From: Octopus sinensis
Lineage: Eukaryota
Length of the DNA: 64,000 nucleotides
Direction of reading: 5' to 3'
Assembly (NCBI RefSeq): GCF_006345805.1
Contig: NC_043014.1
Coordinates: forward strand, 2,914,001-2,978,000
Shown: positions 1 through 13,295 of the stretch, piece by piece
Numbering within the stretch: position 1 is the first letter of the stretch
How the letters are laid out: each line of letters begins with the position of its first letter
The notes under the pieces: generated by a model
What the model was told of the DNA's origin: nothing
What the model saw: only the letters and a program-made list of their open reading frames with translations
Databases searched by the model: none
Program-made: the position numbers and the translations under genes

Positions 1-1328
1 AGGGGCTAAACATAGAGGGGACAAACAAGAATAGACAAACGGATTAAGTCGATTACATCGACCCCAGTGCATAACTGGTACTTAATTTATCAACAGCAGA
101 CAAAATACCTGCATAACTGGTACTTAATTTATCAACGGCAGACAAAATACATGTTTCTTTATAACCCACAAGGGGCTAAACACAGAAGGGACAAACAAGG
201 ACAGACAAACGGATTAAGTCAATTATATCGACCCCAGTGCGTAACTGGTACTTAACTTAATTTATCGACCCCGAAAGGATGAAAGGCAAAGTTGACCTCG
301 GTGGAATTTGAACTCAGAACGTAACGGCAGACGAAATACGGCTACGCATTTCACCCGGTGTGCTAACATTTCTGCCAGCTTGCCACCTTTGATAAGAACT
401 GACCAGCTAAAGAGCTGCCTGCACTCCATGGCAGGGTTCCGGCGGTTAGATGCCCTTCCTAACACCAAATAATTTACAGGGTATACCAGGTTCTTTTATG
501 CAGCACTGGCACCGGTGCATCTACGTGGCACCAGTACGGGTGCCTTTTATGTGGCACCAGAACCCACAAACCTGCAAAGTTCGGAACACTCAGCTGTTAC
601 AAATTCCAGCACATGTTACTGAAATTATTGCTGATGTTGCTGTTGTACTCAGTAAACAACCATTCAAAAATTGTTGTGTCTTGGGAGGGTCATTTCACCA
701 ATTATAACACATGCACTGTTTCAATATCACTTCATCAATTATATCACATGCACCGTTTCAATATCAGCATCTTAACTGCAACATAACCACACATCTTAAC
801 TGCAATATCACAACAGCAATGTTATAATAGTAGCATCATACCTATGACATTTTAATTGCAACATCCTTACTACATCATTATATCTACAATATCACAAATT
901 CAACATCATAATTACAACATCTTAACTAGCATCATAACTGCAACATCATAACTACTACCCCATAACTACATCATATCTACAATGTCATAATTGCAATATC
1001 TTTTCTACATCATGTCTACATTATATCTGCATCTTAACAACAACACTACATCACAACAACAACATCATAACTACAACATCATAACCACAATGTCATAACT
1101 GATTAACGATCTGGTCTTATATTAGAAATCTCACAACGAGAGATATTCAGCAACAGTACTTTGTAGTAAAGGCTGTTTGCCAACATAACATGGCAGTCCT
1201 GGTTTAGGACGAATGTTACTGTAATTTAGCCCCAGGAGACATCGTCTCCAGCTGGCTATACGACACAATCTGTGTCCTTATATTTTCGAAAAAGGGAATC
1301 TAGCACCCCCACTCAGCTCAAAACAATA

Positions 1329-1373
1329 TCTGTGTATCACGATTTCCGGGTTATTTCCCTTCGTCAGCACAGA
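1329..1373 (-). ncRNA. Minimal type-I hammerhead ribozyme motif
   Basis: TCTGTG-CTGACGA-AGGG aaataa CCCG-GAA-ATCGTGAT-A-CACAGA: stem I, core, stem II and a self-complementary stem III are all present. Confidence 0.65.
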
Positions 1374-1728
1374 ATAATTGTTCAGCTGATGAAGGGAATA
1401 ACCCTGAAATCACGATACACAGATATTGTTTTGAGCTGAGTGGTGGGGCCAGGTTCCCTTGTCCGAAAATATAAGGACACAGATCGTGTCGTATAGCCAG
1501 CTGGAGACGATGTCTCCTGGGGCTAAATTACAGCAACATTCGTCCTAAACCAGGACTGCCATGTTATGTTGGCAAACAATCTTTACTACAAAGTACTGTC
1601 GATGAATATCTCTCGTGAGATTTAAAAATGGTAATTTTCTAATTTATAGATCAGTAACTAGTTGTCACCTTGAAAGCTATATATTTCAAAAGGGAATTTG
1701 GCAGTGCCACCTCTAGCCGAACAATCAT

Positions 1729-1773
1729 TCTGTGCTGATGAAGGGAAATAACCCAGAAATCACAATACACAGA
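1729..1773 (+). ncRNA. Minimal type-I hammerhead motif (stem III decayed)
   Basis: TCTGTG-CTGATGA-AGGG aaataa CCCA-GAA-ATCACAAT-A-CACAGA. Confidence 0.55.
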
Positions 1774-2329
1774 TATCGTTTTGAGCTGAGTGGAGGTGCT
1801 AGATTCCCTTGTTCAAAAATATAAGGACACAGATCGTGTCGTATAGCCAGCTGGAGACTATGTCTCCTGGGGCTAAATCACAGCAACATTCGTCCTAAAC
1901 CAGGATTGCCATGTTATGTTGGCAAACAATCTTTATTCCAAGGTCTTATATTGTTTTATTTTATTTTATTTATTTATATCATTTTATTTTTTTCTCCTTC
2001 AAAGGATTTTGCATTTGTCAGTGAACAGAAGGATTTTTCTCTCTATGCTGTCTCCCTACTCTCTGGCAAGATTGTGTTTAACTCCACCCTAGAGAACCAG
2101 CCCCAGGGGGTCTTAACATGTGGACCCTGGAAACAAACTTCAAAGAGAAGTATAAATATTTTGTTTTCAAAGGATTTCTTCACATCATCATCACCACCAC
2201 CACCACCACTACCAACCCACCCCACCCCATTACCATCACCACCACTACCACCACCACCACCACCACCACCACCCTCTCCCCATGTATCTATGTATCTATC
2301 TATATTTATCTATATCCATCTATCTATCT

Positions 2330-2371
<42 letters not shown>

Positions 2372-2547
2372 CTATCTATATTTATCTCTATCCATCTATC
2401 TATCTGCTTCTCTCTCTCTTTCTCTATCTCTATCTATCTATGTATCTATCTATATATATCTATATCCATCTATCTATCTATATCCATCTATCTATCTCTC
2501 TATCTATCTATTTTATCATATTTCTCCCCCCATCTCTCTCACACCAG

Positions 2548-2673
2548 ACTACTGTACCAGCCACGGCAAAAGCCTCTGTCCAGGTGAGGGTCTCTGTGTT
2601 TCCAAGAAGGGATACAAACCAGAATGTACCTGTATTGGAATAGATTTACAGAAATCAAACACCAGAAAACACT
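2548..2673 (+). CDS. Exon 1 (in window): EGF-like module, phase 1-1
   Basis: ccag|acta ... cact|gtaagt; DYCTSHGKSLCPGEGLCVSKKGYKPECTCIGIDLQKSNTRKH(C), six-Cys EGF spacing. Confidence 0.85.
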
Positions 2674-4642
2674 GTAAGTAGGGGCCATTCTATGTTTTAT
2701 TAAATTCTACCATATTCTACCAGGCGCAGGAGTGGCTGTGTGGTAAGTAGCTTGCTTACCAACCACATGGTTCCAGGTTCAGTCCCACTGTGTGGCATCT
2801 TGGGCAAGTGTCTTCTGCTATAGCCCCGGGCCGACCAATGCCTTGTGAGTGGATTTGGTAGACGGAAACTGAAAGAAGCCTGTCGTATATTTGTATGTAT
2901 ATATATATATATGTATGTGTGTGTATGTTTGTGTTTCTGTGTTTGTCCCCCTAGCATTGCTTGACAACCGATGCTGGTGTGTTTACGTCCCCGTCACTTA
3001 GCGGTTCGGCAAAAGAGACTGATAGAATAAGTACTGGGCTTACAAAGAATAAGTTCCGGGGTCGATTTGCTCGACTAAAAGGCGATGCTCCAGCATGGCC
3101 GCAGTCAAATGACTGAAACAAGTAAAAGAGTAAAAGAGAGTATTTGTTGGATATTCTACCATATTTGTTGAACACTTTTTGTCATGTTATTTTTGTAGTT
3201 TATAGGCGCAGGAGTGGCTGTGCGGTAAGTAGCTTGCTTACCAACCACATAGTTCCAGGTTCAGTCCCACTGTGTGATACCTTGGGCAAGTGTCTTCTAC
3301 TATAGCCTCGGGCCGACCAAAGCCTTGTGAGTGAATTTGGCAGCCGGAAACTGAAAGAAGCCCGTCGTATATATGTATATATATATTTCGTTACTGCCCA
3401 CAAGGGGCTAAACATAGAAGGGACAAACAAGGACAAAGGAATCGCAATGACCCCAGTTGCAAAACTGGTACTTTATTTATCGACCCCGAAAGGATGAAAG
3501 GCAAAGTCAACCTCGGCGAAATTTGAACTCAGAACATAACAACAGACGAAATACCGCTAAACATTTCGCCTGGCGTGCTAACGTTTCTGCCAGCTCGCCA
3601 CATATATATATATGTGTGTGTGTGTGTGGTGTGTGTGTGTGTGAAATTTCCCCAAGACACCTGATGAAGGCTGGAGGGTGTATCAGCCGAAATGTTGTGT
3701 TAACAACAAACAAGATGAGGACAAATATTCATCAAATGTAAATAATGTAAATAATGTTCTAATTTGTTTCCATATTACAGGTCAGCAATCTCCATCGATT
3801 CTGTTACTTGGGAAAAGAAGTGGCCTTCATTATGTGGAACAGAACTTTGCTGATGCGAAGGGCCTTACTTCCAAGCTGCTCTTACAAGGACCCTATGATA
3901 TTCAAGCGATTGCAGTTGATGCCAAACATGGAATTGTTTATTTTACCGATTCTAAAGAAAAGGTCAGCATCCTTCTTTGATGATTTTTGAGTGTCCCTTG
4001 TAAAGTGAATGTTTTTTTGTTTTTGTTTTTTAAGGTGGTACCCGTTTTAAACTGGTACCCTGAGGTTTTATACCAGTAATACTATCTTCTCCTCTGCAGA
4101 TACTCTGTTTTATCACAGGATATTTTTGCTTTAGGTCAGGTGTAGCTTGTTGTATTTTATCTCACTAGCTTGCATTGTGAGTTCAAATCCTGCCAAGGTC
4201 AATTTTAACAGTCATCTTTATCCTCCTCCTCCTCATCATCATCATCATCACCACCACCTTCAACATTGTTGTCATCATCATCATTGTCATCATTATTATT
4301 GTTGTCATCATGATGATCACCATCACCATCATTGGCGTCATCATCATCCTGGTCATCATCATCACCATCACCATCATCATCATCATCACCACCATCATCA
4401 TCACCACCATCATCATCATCATCACCATCATCATCACCATCACCATCATCATCATCATCATCATCACCATTATCATCATCATCATCAGCCTCTGCACATT
4501 AGTGTCTTGAGTCCCAAGGGTGTGTGTGTGTGTGAGTGTGTGCGTGAGTGTGTGTGTTAGTTACTGCCTTTTACTCTTGACAGTATGTGATATTTGTAAA
4601 CGAATGCCCTTGTCATGCAAGTGGTGTCGTTTGTTAACCAAA

Positions 4643-4681
<39 letters not shown>

Positions 4682-5991
4682 TATCGTTTAGCATCCGTTT
4701 TCCATTCTGGCATGGGTTGGATGGTTTGACTGAGGACTGGCAACCCAGAAGGCTACACCAGGCTCCAATCTGATCTGGCAAGGTTTCTACAGTTGGATGC
4801 CCTTCTTAACGCCAACCACTCCAAGAGTGTAGTGGATGCTTTTTACATGCCACAGGCATGAGGGCCTGTCAGGTGGTACTGGCTTCGACCACACTTGAAT
4901 GGTGCTTTTTACGTGCCACTGGCACAGGTGCCAGTCAGGCAGTACTGTCATTAGCCACGACAATGAGTTCACTTGACTCAACAGGTCTTCTCAAGCACAG
5001 TATATTGCCCAATGATTGAAGGGTACTCTTAAATGGGCCAGTTATGTGACGCTGGCATAGGCCACAGCTATGGTCTCACTTGGCTTGCCGGGTTGTCACA
5101 AGTACAGCATATCTCTAAAGGTCCCAGTCACTTATCATTGCTTCTGTGAGGCCCAGTGTTTGATGGTCATGCTTCACCACCTCATCCCATGTCTTCCTGG
5201 GTCTACCTCTTCCACAGGTTCCCTCTACGTCTAGGGTTTGCCACATTTCCACCCAGTGCAGTCGTCCCTCTTGCACACCACATCTGATGGTTCTTATGTC
5301 CTACTTTTCTCTCAGGGCACTTACAATCTGTTGTGTGTGCACACTGACATTACACATCCAGCAGAGCATACTAGCTTCATTTCTTGCATATGGAAACGTA
5401 GGTAGTCACTGGTAAATATCACCTTACTAGGAATCAGGTGAGGGTTAGTGACAAGAAGGGCACCCAGCCATATAAAATCCACCTCAACAAATTCTGTCCA
5501 ACCCATACAAGCATGGAAAAGTGGATATTAAAAATGATGATGATGATGATGACGATAATAATGATGATGATGATGGTGGTGGTGGTGGTGGTGGTGATGA
5601 TGATGATGATGATGAAGTGAAACAGAACCAGTGCCTGTGTTTATCATTGGCATAATGACCCTCCCAAGGTACAACAAAAATATGCTTCAACACACAAATT
5701 CACAACAAGAATCTCACAAAACCAAAATCAAAACTTGAATGTATACATATGTGCTTGTTGTTAATTCATACTTTTTTGCAAATGGTATTCTTATTTTCTA
5801 GGTTATTTACCGAACTTCGGTCTACCAACGGACAGAAGCTAAAGCAATTATTTTAGCTGTGAAAACCGTACAAGGTGAGTTATATATACCTTAAAAAGTT
5901 TAATTTTCTATCAGTGTCACAGAATTTGGTGTTGCAAAAGCTGAAAGATGCTTTATATGTGTGTGTATGTGTGTGTATACATACACGTGTT

Positions 5992-6024
<33 letters not shown>

Positions 6025-7869
6025 ATGTGTTGGTGTTCATCATCATCATCATCATCATATTTTTAACATTCACTTTTCCAATGCTTACATGGGTCATACA
6101 AAATTCATTGAGGTGGGGGGTGCCGGCAATAGCAGTGGTAGCAATGGTGGTGGTGGTCGTGGTGGTGGTGGTTGTGGTCGTGGTCGTGGTCGTAGCGGTG
6201 GTGGTGGTGGTGGCGGCGGTGGTGGTGGTGGTTGTGGTGGTGGTGGCCGTAGTCGTGGCGGCAGTGGTGGTGCTGGTGGCGGTGGTGGTGGTGGTAGTGG
6301 CGGCGGTGGTAGTGGTGGTGGTGGTGGTGGTGGTGGTGGTGGTGGCGGTGGTGGTGGTGGTAGTGGTGGTGGTGGTGGCAGCGGTGGTGGTGGTGTTGAA
6401 CTTGGTCGTGGTTGTGGTTGTGGTCGTGGCGGCAGTGGTGGTAGTGGCGGCAGTGGTGGTGGTGGCGGCAGTGGTGGTAGTGGCGGCAGTGGTGGTGGTG
6501 GTGGTGGTGGTGGTGGTGGTGGTGGTGGCGGTGGTGGTGGTGGTAGTGGTGGCAGTGGTGGCAGTGGTGGTGGTGGCGGTGGTGGTGGTGGTGGTGGTGG
6601 TGGTTGTAGTGATGGTAGAAGTGGCAGTGGTAGTAATGGTGGTGGTGGTGGTGGTGGTTGTACCATTTTGCATTCAGACATTCATTAACACTGTCTAATT
6701 AGTTGCGTTACTGTTACTGTTGTTGTTGTTGTTGTCTCCCTCAAGGTTTAGCCTTTGACTGGATAACCAGGAATCTCTATTGGACCGATTCTGGAATGGA
6801 ATGCATCATGGTCGCCCGTTACAATGGTTTCAATATTGCACGCCTGATGCACCTCACCAACAGCTCCCTGAGAGCGATTGCAGTCCATCCTGCTAAAAGG
6901 TAGGTATTCTAATGTATTCTAAAAGGCGGCCAGCTGGCGGAATCGTTAGCATGCAGGGCAAAATGCTCAGAAATATTTCGTCTGTCGCTACGTTCTGAGT
7001 TCCAATTCCGCCGAGGTCGACTTTGCCTTTCATCCTTTCTAGGTCGGTAAATTAAGTACCAGTTACGCATTGGGGTTGATATAATCGACGTTAATCCGTT
7101 TGTCTGTCCTTGTTTGTCCCCTCTGAGTTTAGCCCCTTGTGGATAGTAAAGAAATAGGTATTTCGTCTGTCTTTACGTTCTGAGTTCAAATTCCACCGAG
7201 GTCGACTTTGCCTTTCATCCTTTCTAGGTCGGTAAATTAAGTACCAGTTACGCACTGGGGTTGATATAATCGACGTTAATCCGTTTGTCTGTCCTTGTTT
7301 GTCCCCTCTGAGTTTAGCCCCTTGTGGATAGTAAAGAAATAGGTATTTCGTCTGTCTTTACGTTCTGAGTTCAAATTCCACCGAGGTCGACTTTGCCTTT
7401 CATCCTTTTGGGGTTGATTAAATAAGTACCAGTTATGCACAGGGGTCGATATAATCGACTTAATACCTATGTCTGTCCTTGTTTGTCCCCTCTAAGTTTA
7501 GCCCCATTGGGCAGTAAAGAAATAGGTATTTCGTCTGTCTTTACGTTCTGAGTTCAAATTCCACCGAGGTTGACTTTGCCTTTCATCCTTTTGGGGTTGA
7601 TTAAATAAGTACCAGTTACGCACTGGGGTCGATATAATCGACATTAATCCATTTGTCTATCCCTGTTTGTCCCCTCTGTATTTAGCCCCTTGTGGGTAGT
7701 AAAGAAATAGGTATTTCGTCTGTCTTTACGTTCCGAGTTCAAATTCCGCCAAGGTCGACTTTGCCTTTCATCCTTTCGGGGTTGATTAAATAAGTACCAG
7801 TTACGCACTGGGGTCGATATAATCGACATTATTTTTATTATTATTATTATTATTATATCATTATCATTA

Positions 7870-7911
<42 letters not shown>

Positions 7912-7936
7912 TATCATTATCATTAATTTATTATTA

Positions 7937-8030
<94 letters not shown>

Positions 8031-8755
8031 TAGTTTTATTTTTATAGCGTGCTTTCACTTCACTACCGAGCACAGCTCTGTGTGCCTTGGGTATGTGCTG
8101 TGATTTGTTGTGATGCTCTGATGGTTATTGTATGGAAAGTGTTCTGCGTAGGATGTGTGCAGTGCCTAGTAGTGCAATTTTCTGTATGTTATATGTGTTT
8201 GTAAGTCCTGGTGTTTTGTTATGTATTTGTCTGAATATTTTTTTATCATGCCTAATGCACCTACTATGAGAGGAATTGTTTCTGTTTTCAGATTCCACAT
8301 TCTAGTTACCTCTATTTCCAGGTCTTTGTATTTTGAGAGTTTCTCCATTTCTTTTAGAGACACGTTGTCATCAGCCGGTATTGATACAGCAATTAGAAAG
8401 CTTTTTTTTTCTTCATGATCTCTGACAACTATATCTGGTCTGTTGGCCTTAATTCTCTATCTGTGTGTATCGGCATATCCCAGAGTATGGTTGCTTTCTC
8501 GTTTTCTGTGACCTTTTCTGGTGTGTGCCTATACCATCTTTTTTCTGTTGTTATTCCATAATGTTGGCATAGCTTCCAATGTATGTAGGTTCCAACTCTG
8601 TCATGTCTGTGAATATATTCCTTCTTAGCCAGGACTGGGCAGCTAGAGATAATATGATTTATTGTTTCTTGTCCATCTCCACATATTCTGCAGTTACTTG
8701 TAATATTTCTTTTCATTACATGTTTTTGGTAATTTCTGGTGGGGAGGCTTTGGTC

Positions 8756-8787
<32 letters not shown>

Positions 8788-8791
8788 GTTA

Positions 8792-8823
<32 letters not shown>

Positions 8824-8833
8824 GTTATTGTTA

Positions 8834-8869
<36 letters not shown>

Positions 8870-10321
8870 GGTTGGTGGGTTGGCAAAAACGGTTAGAGCA
8901 TCAGAAAAAAAAATGCCTTGAATCATTTCTTTTGGCTCTAAACATTCTGAGTTCAAATCTCATTGAAGTCAACTTAGCTTTTCATCTTTCTGAAGTGGAA
9001 TCAATAAAATAACATAAGATTATTATTATTATTGTTGTTACTGTGGTAACAAAATTATACATTTTGTTGTTAGTAAACATCATTTGTTTTTCTTTTCGTT
9101 AGATTTCTCTACTGGACTGATGTCAGTGCTGCTAACGCTGGAATTGAGCGAATCGGTCTGGATGGTGAAAGCGGTCGGAAAATAATAGCCAAAGATTCCT
9201 ATGCAGTAAGTCTAGCCATTGACTTCCAATTAAACAAGTAAGTCTCTTTAGAACCATATTAACATATTTCCTCTTTGTAATCTTTGTTACTTATCCCAGT
9301 GGGATCTTGGCACAGTTCTCAGACTGGCCAGCTCCTGTCAAACCATCCAACCCATGCCAGCACGGAAGACAGATGTTAAATGATGACAAGGATAATATAC
9401 AGATATGTACACATCATCTATATTCCCCCCGCCCCGTGCCTGTCATCTCTTATGTCCCTGCCGTAAGGCTTCACTTCCACACACACCAGCTTAACCTTTT
9501 TGATACCAACCCAGCTGAAACAGGCTCTGGCTCTGTAGTACAAATGTCTTGTTTTTATAAGTTTTTAATTAAAATCTTCCACCAAACCTTAGTCACAATT
9601 TATGTTCCTAACATTAACTTAATGATAACTAAGTTATTTTACTAAATTCGTTGTTATATTTAAAATTTATTGAAAGAAACACAGAGTATCTCAACAGAAA
9701 TATGGTAACAAATGGGTAAAAATATATAATAGAGAAACAATTCTTAACCCTTTTGATACCAACCTGGCTGAAACCACCTCTGGCTCTGAGTACAAATGTC
9801 TGGTTTTCAGAAGTTTTGAATTAAAATCTTCCACCAAACCTTTGTTACAATTTATGTTCCTAACATTAACTTAATGATAACTGAGTTATTTTACTAAATT
9901 CGTTGTAATATTTAAAATAATTGAAAGGAACACAGAGCATCTCAAAATAAATACAGTAATGAAAGGGTTAATTTAATTCGTCCTTAGTCGAAAGACACCT
10001 GTTGTTATGTCCTTTATTTGCATTTGTATTTGTGTACCTTTTCTCCGTTTTTTTCTGTCCTTGTTTTCGTATACATTCGCTGCTTTCTTCTAAGGAATCT
10101 TATGCTCTTAGCTTAGTTTTTCCTTGGGGCTGGCCAGATAGGAGCAATCTTGAGTATAACCAGCTGAAATTGAAAAGATAATCTGGAATTCGACTGAGGA
10201 AAGAAAACTCTGAATGACCCATCCTTGTTTTCTATGTATTGTCTGTCTGGATGTTTTGTTGTTCCTCTTTTGTATCATCTAACTGTCTGAATGTTTTGCA
10301 TTCTTGTCCATTTTTTGTATT

Positions 10322-10360
<39 letters not shown>

Positions 10361-10511
10361 TCTCTCCTTGTTTTTTCTGTGTCCCTTTCTGTAGAAGAGC
10401 TTAGGCTCGAAACGTAAAAGACTTTTTATATTCCTGAGCGTTATACTAATACATCTGTTTGTTTTGTACACCACCTGTCTTCGTCTTTTGTTTTTTTTCG
10501 TAAACTCTCCC

Positions 10512-10545
<34 letters not shown>

Positions 10546-10723
10546 TGCAGGAGTGGCTGTGTGGTAAGTAGCTTGCTAACCAACCACATGGTTCCGGGTT
10601 CAGTCCCACTGCATGGCACCTTGGGCAAGTGTCTTCTACTATAGCCTCAGGCCGACCAAAGCCTTGTGAGTGGATTTGGTAGACGGAAACTGAAAGAAGC
10701 CCGTCGTATATATGTATATATTG

Positions 10724-10756
<33 letters not shown>

Positions 10757-10969
10757 TTGTGTGTCTGGGTTTGTCCCCCTAGCATTGCTTGACAACCGAT
10801 GCTGGTGTGTTTATGTCCCCGTTACTTAGCGGTTCGGCAAAAGAGACCGATAGAATAAGTACTGGGCTTACAAAAGAATAAGTCCCGGGGTCGAGTTGCT
10901 CGATTAAAGGCGGTGCTCCAGCATGGCCGCAGTCAAATGACTGAAACAAGCAAAAGAGAGTAAAAAAGA

Positions 10970-11013
<44 letters not shown>

Positions 11014-11522
11014 CACACACACATGTATATAAGGTTAGCTGAGTTAGAGGTTAGAATAACTGTCTAAGGTATAGAAGTATCCATTACACTACCGCTGTAT
11101 TACCTATGTTTAACCCTGGGCATACATATGCCAGCATATTATGCTCATAAATTATAGAAGAAGACAAGGACAAACATGAATTTATCATGAATCAAAAATC
11201 AATGAAAACAGAAAATGGAGAAATATTGATCAACAACAATTGATTTACATTAATTATTATTTATTAATTCGATGCAGTCTATTTGTGTTGGATTAATAAA
11301 TAATAATTAATGTAAGTCAATTGTTGTTCATCAATATTTCTCTGTTTTCTGTTTTCCTTAACTTATATGTGTGTGTGAGTGTCTGTCTGTCTGTGTGTGC
11401 AGGTGTGTGTCGCTCGAAACGTTAAACCCTCCTTCTTTCCTTCTTTCCTAGGCGTCCAATAATACTATATTTGTTCCACATCCTCGCATTGTTGTGTTTT
11501 TTGTGCTTTCTTGTTTGGATTA

Positions 11523-11573
<51 letters not shown>

Positions 11574-13139
11574 AAATAGTAGGGAATAAATCCAAACTTA
11601 CAGGGAAAATCAGATTTAGGATTGAATCCAATTTTATAGTAAAATATTATATTATATTAAATTAGAGCACTAATATAAATATTTCAATTACCTGAAGATT
11701 GACTGTAACCATAACTCGAATTATTACGAATTGGACAGCCATGAAACGATCGTAGTGTTTTACTCATTATCTTTTATTAAACTTTTAATACTTTTGATAT
11801 ATATTTAAAATAATATAAATTAATTTTATGTATTGGCTTAAGTTTTTCATTGTTTGATTTGCCTAATAGTGGTTTTATCTCTAATTTAATATTATATATA
11901 TACATATATATCATCATCATCATCATCATTTAGCGTCCGCTTTCCATGCTGGAATGGGTTGGACGGTTCAACTGGGGTCTGTGAAGCCAGAAGGCTGCAT
12001 TAGGCCCAGTCTGATCTGGCAGTGTTTCTACAGCTGGATGCCCTTCCTAACGCCAACCACTCCGTGAGTGTAGTGATATATAAAAAGGTGAATGTTAGCA
12101 ACAGGAAGAGCATCCAACCATCTCTCTTTTCTCTCTTTTCTCTCTTTTCTCTCTTTTACTTGTTTCAGTCATTTGACTGTGGCCATGCTGGAGCACCGCC
12201 TTTTAGTCGAGCAAATCGACCCCGGGACTTATTCTTTGTAAGCCCAGTACTTATTCTATCAGTCTCTTTTGCCGAACCGCTAAGTGACGGGGACGTAAAC
12301 ACACCAGCATCAGTTGTCAAGCAATGCTAGGGGGACAAACACAGACACACAAACACATACACACACACACACATATATATATATACATATATACGACAGG
12401 TTTCTTTCAGTTTCCGTCTACCAAATCCACTCACAAGGCATTGGTTGGCCCGGGGCTTTAGCAGAAGACACTTGCCCAAGATGCCACGCAGTGGGACTGA
12501 ACCCGGAACCATGTGGTTCGTTAGCAAGCTACTTACCACCCAGCCACTCCTATGCCTTATATATATATATATATATATATAAAAAGGTGAATGTTAGCTA
12601 CAGGAAGAGCATCCAGCCATAGAAAATATACCTTAACAAACTCCATTTGGCCCATGCAAAACATGGAAACATAGACATTAAACTAATGGACACATTTTTC
12701 TCTGAGCATATGGGTTCTAATTCTTCTCTAAAGAGTCAATATTAGAAATATCCAAGAACTAAAGATCTAAAATTCGATTTTGGTCTCTTGTAATATTTGG
12801 CATCTTCTTCTTATGGTCTTTAATGTTTTTTCTCGTTTATTCTTCCAATCCTTTCAGACTGATTTGGTTGGATAACATGTATGGAATGGTTTACATGAGT
12901 AACCTGAATGGAAGAGACAAACGCAAACTCTACCAACATGAGGCTTATGGATCTCGGCTCCTCGCCATTACTGTTCTAAAGGTAACAAAAAAAATAAAAC
13001 AACTACACATATCAATGTATGAGGTGAAGTTCTCATTGGAGATATCATCATCATCATCATCATCATCATCATTATTATTATTATTATTATTTTAATTATT
13101 ATCATCATCATCATCATCATTATCATTAGTATTGTTATT

Positions 13140-13184
<45 letters not shown>

Positions 13185-13257
13185 TTAATTTTCATCATCA
13201 TCATCATCGTTATTATTATCATTATTATTGTTATTATTATTATTATCATTATTATTA

Positions 13258-13295
<38 letters not shown>

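Larger units (their letters stand above)
1126..1935. mobile_element. Three copies of a ~240-bp unit (one inverted, two direct), Penelope-like pLTR relic
   Basis: 1126-1382 (-) is the reverse complement of 1385-1623 (+) and ~1720-1935 (+); each copy carries a CTGAYGA...GAAA hammerhead core. Confidence 0.7.

Noticed and set aside
5900-6698. Four overlapping ~200-257-aa poly-Thr/Gly/Val/Pro ORFs
   Set aside because: They are translations of a (GGT)n microsatellite inside an intron, with no splice or compositional support.
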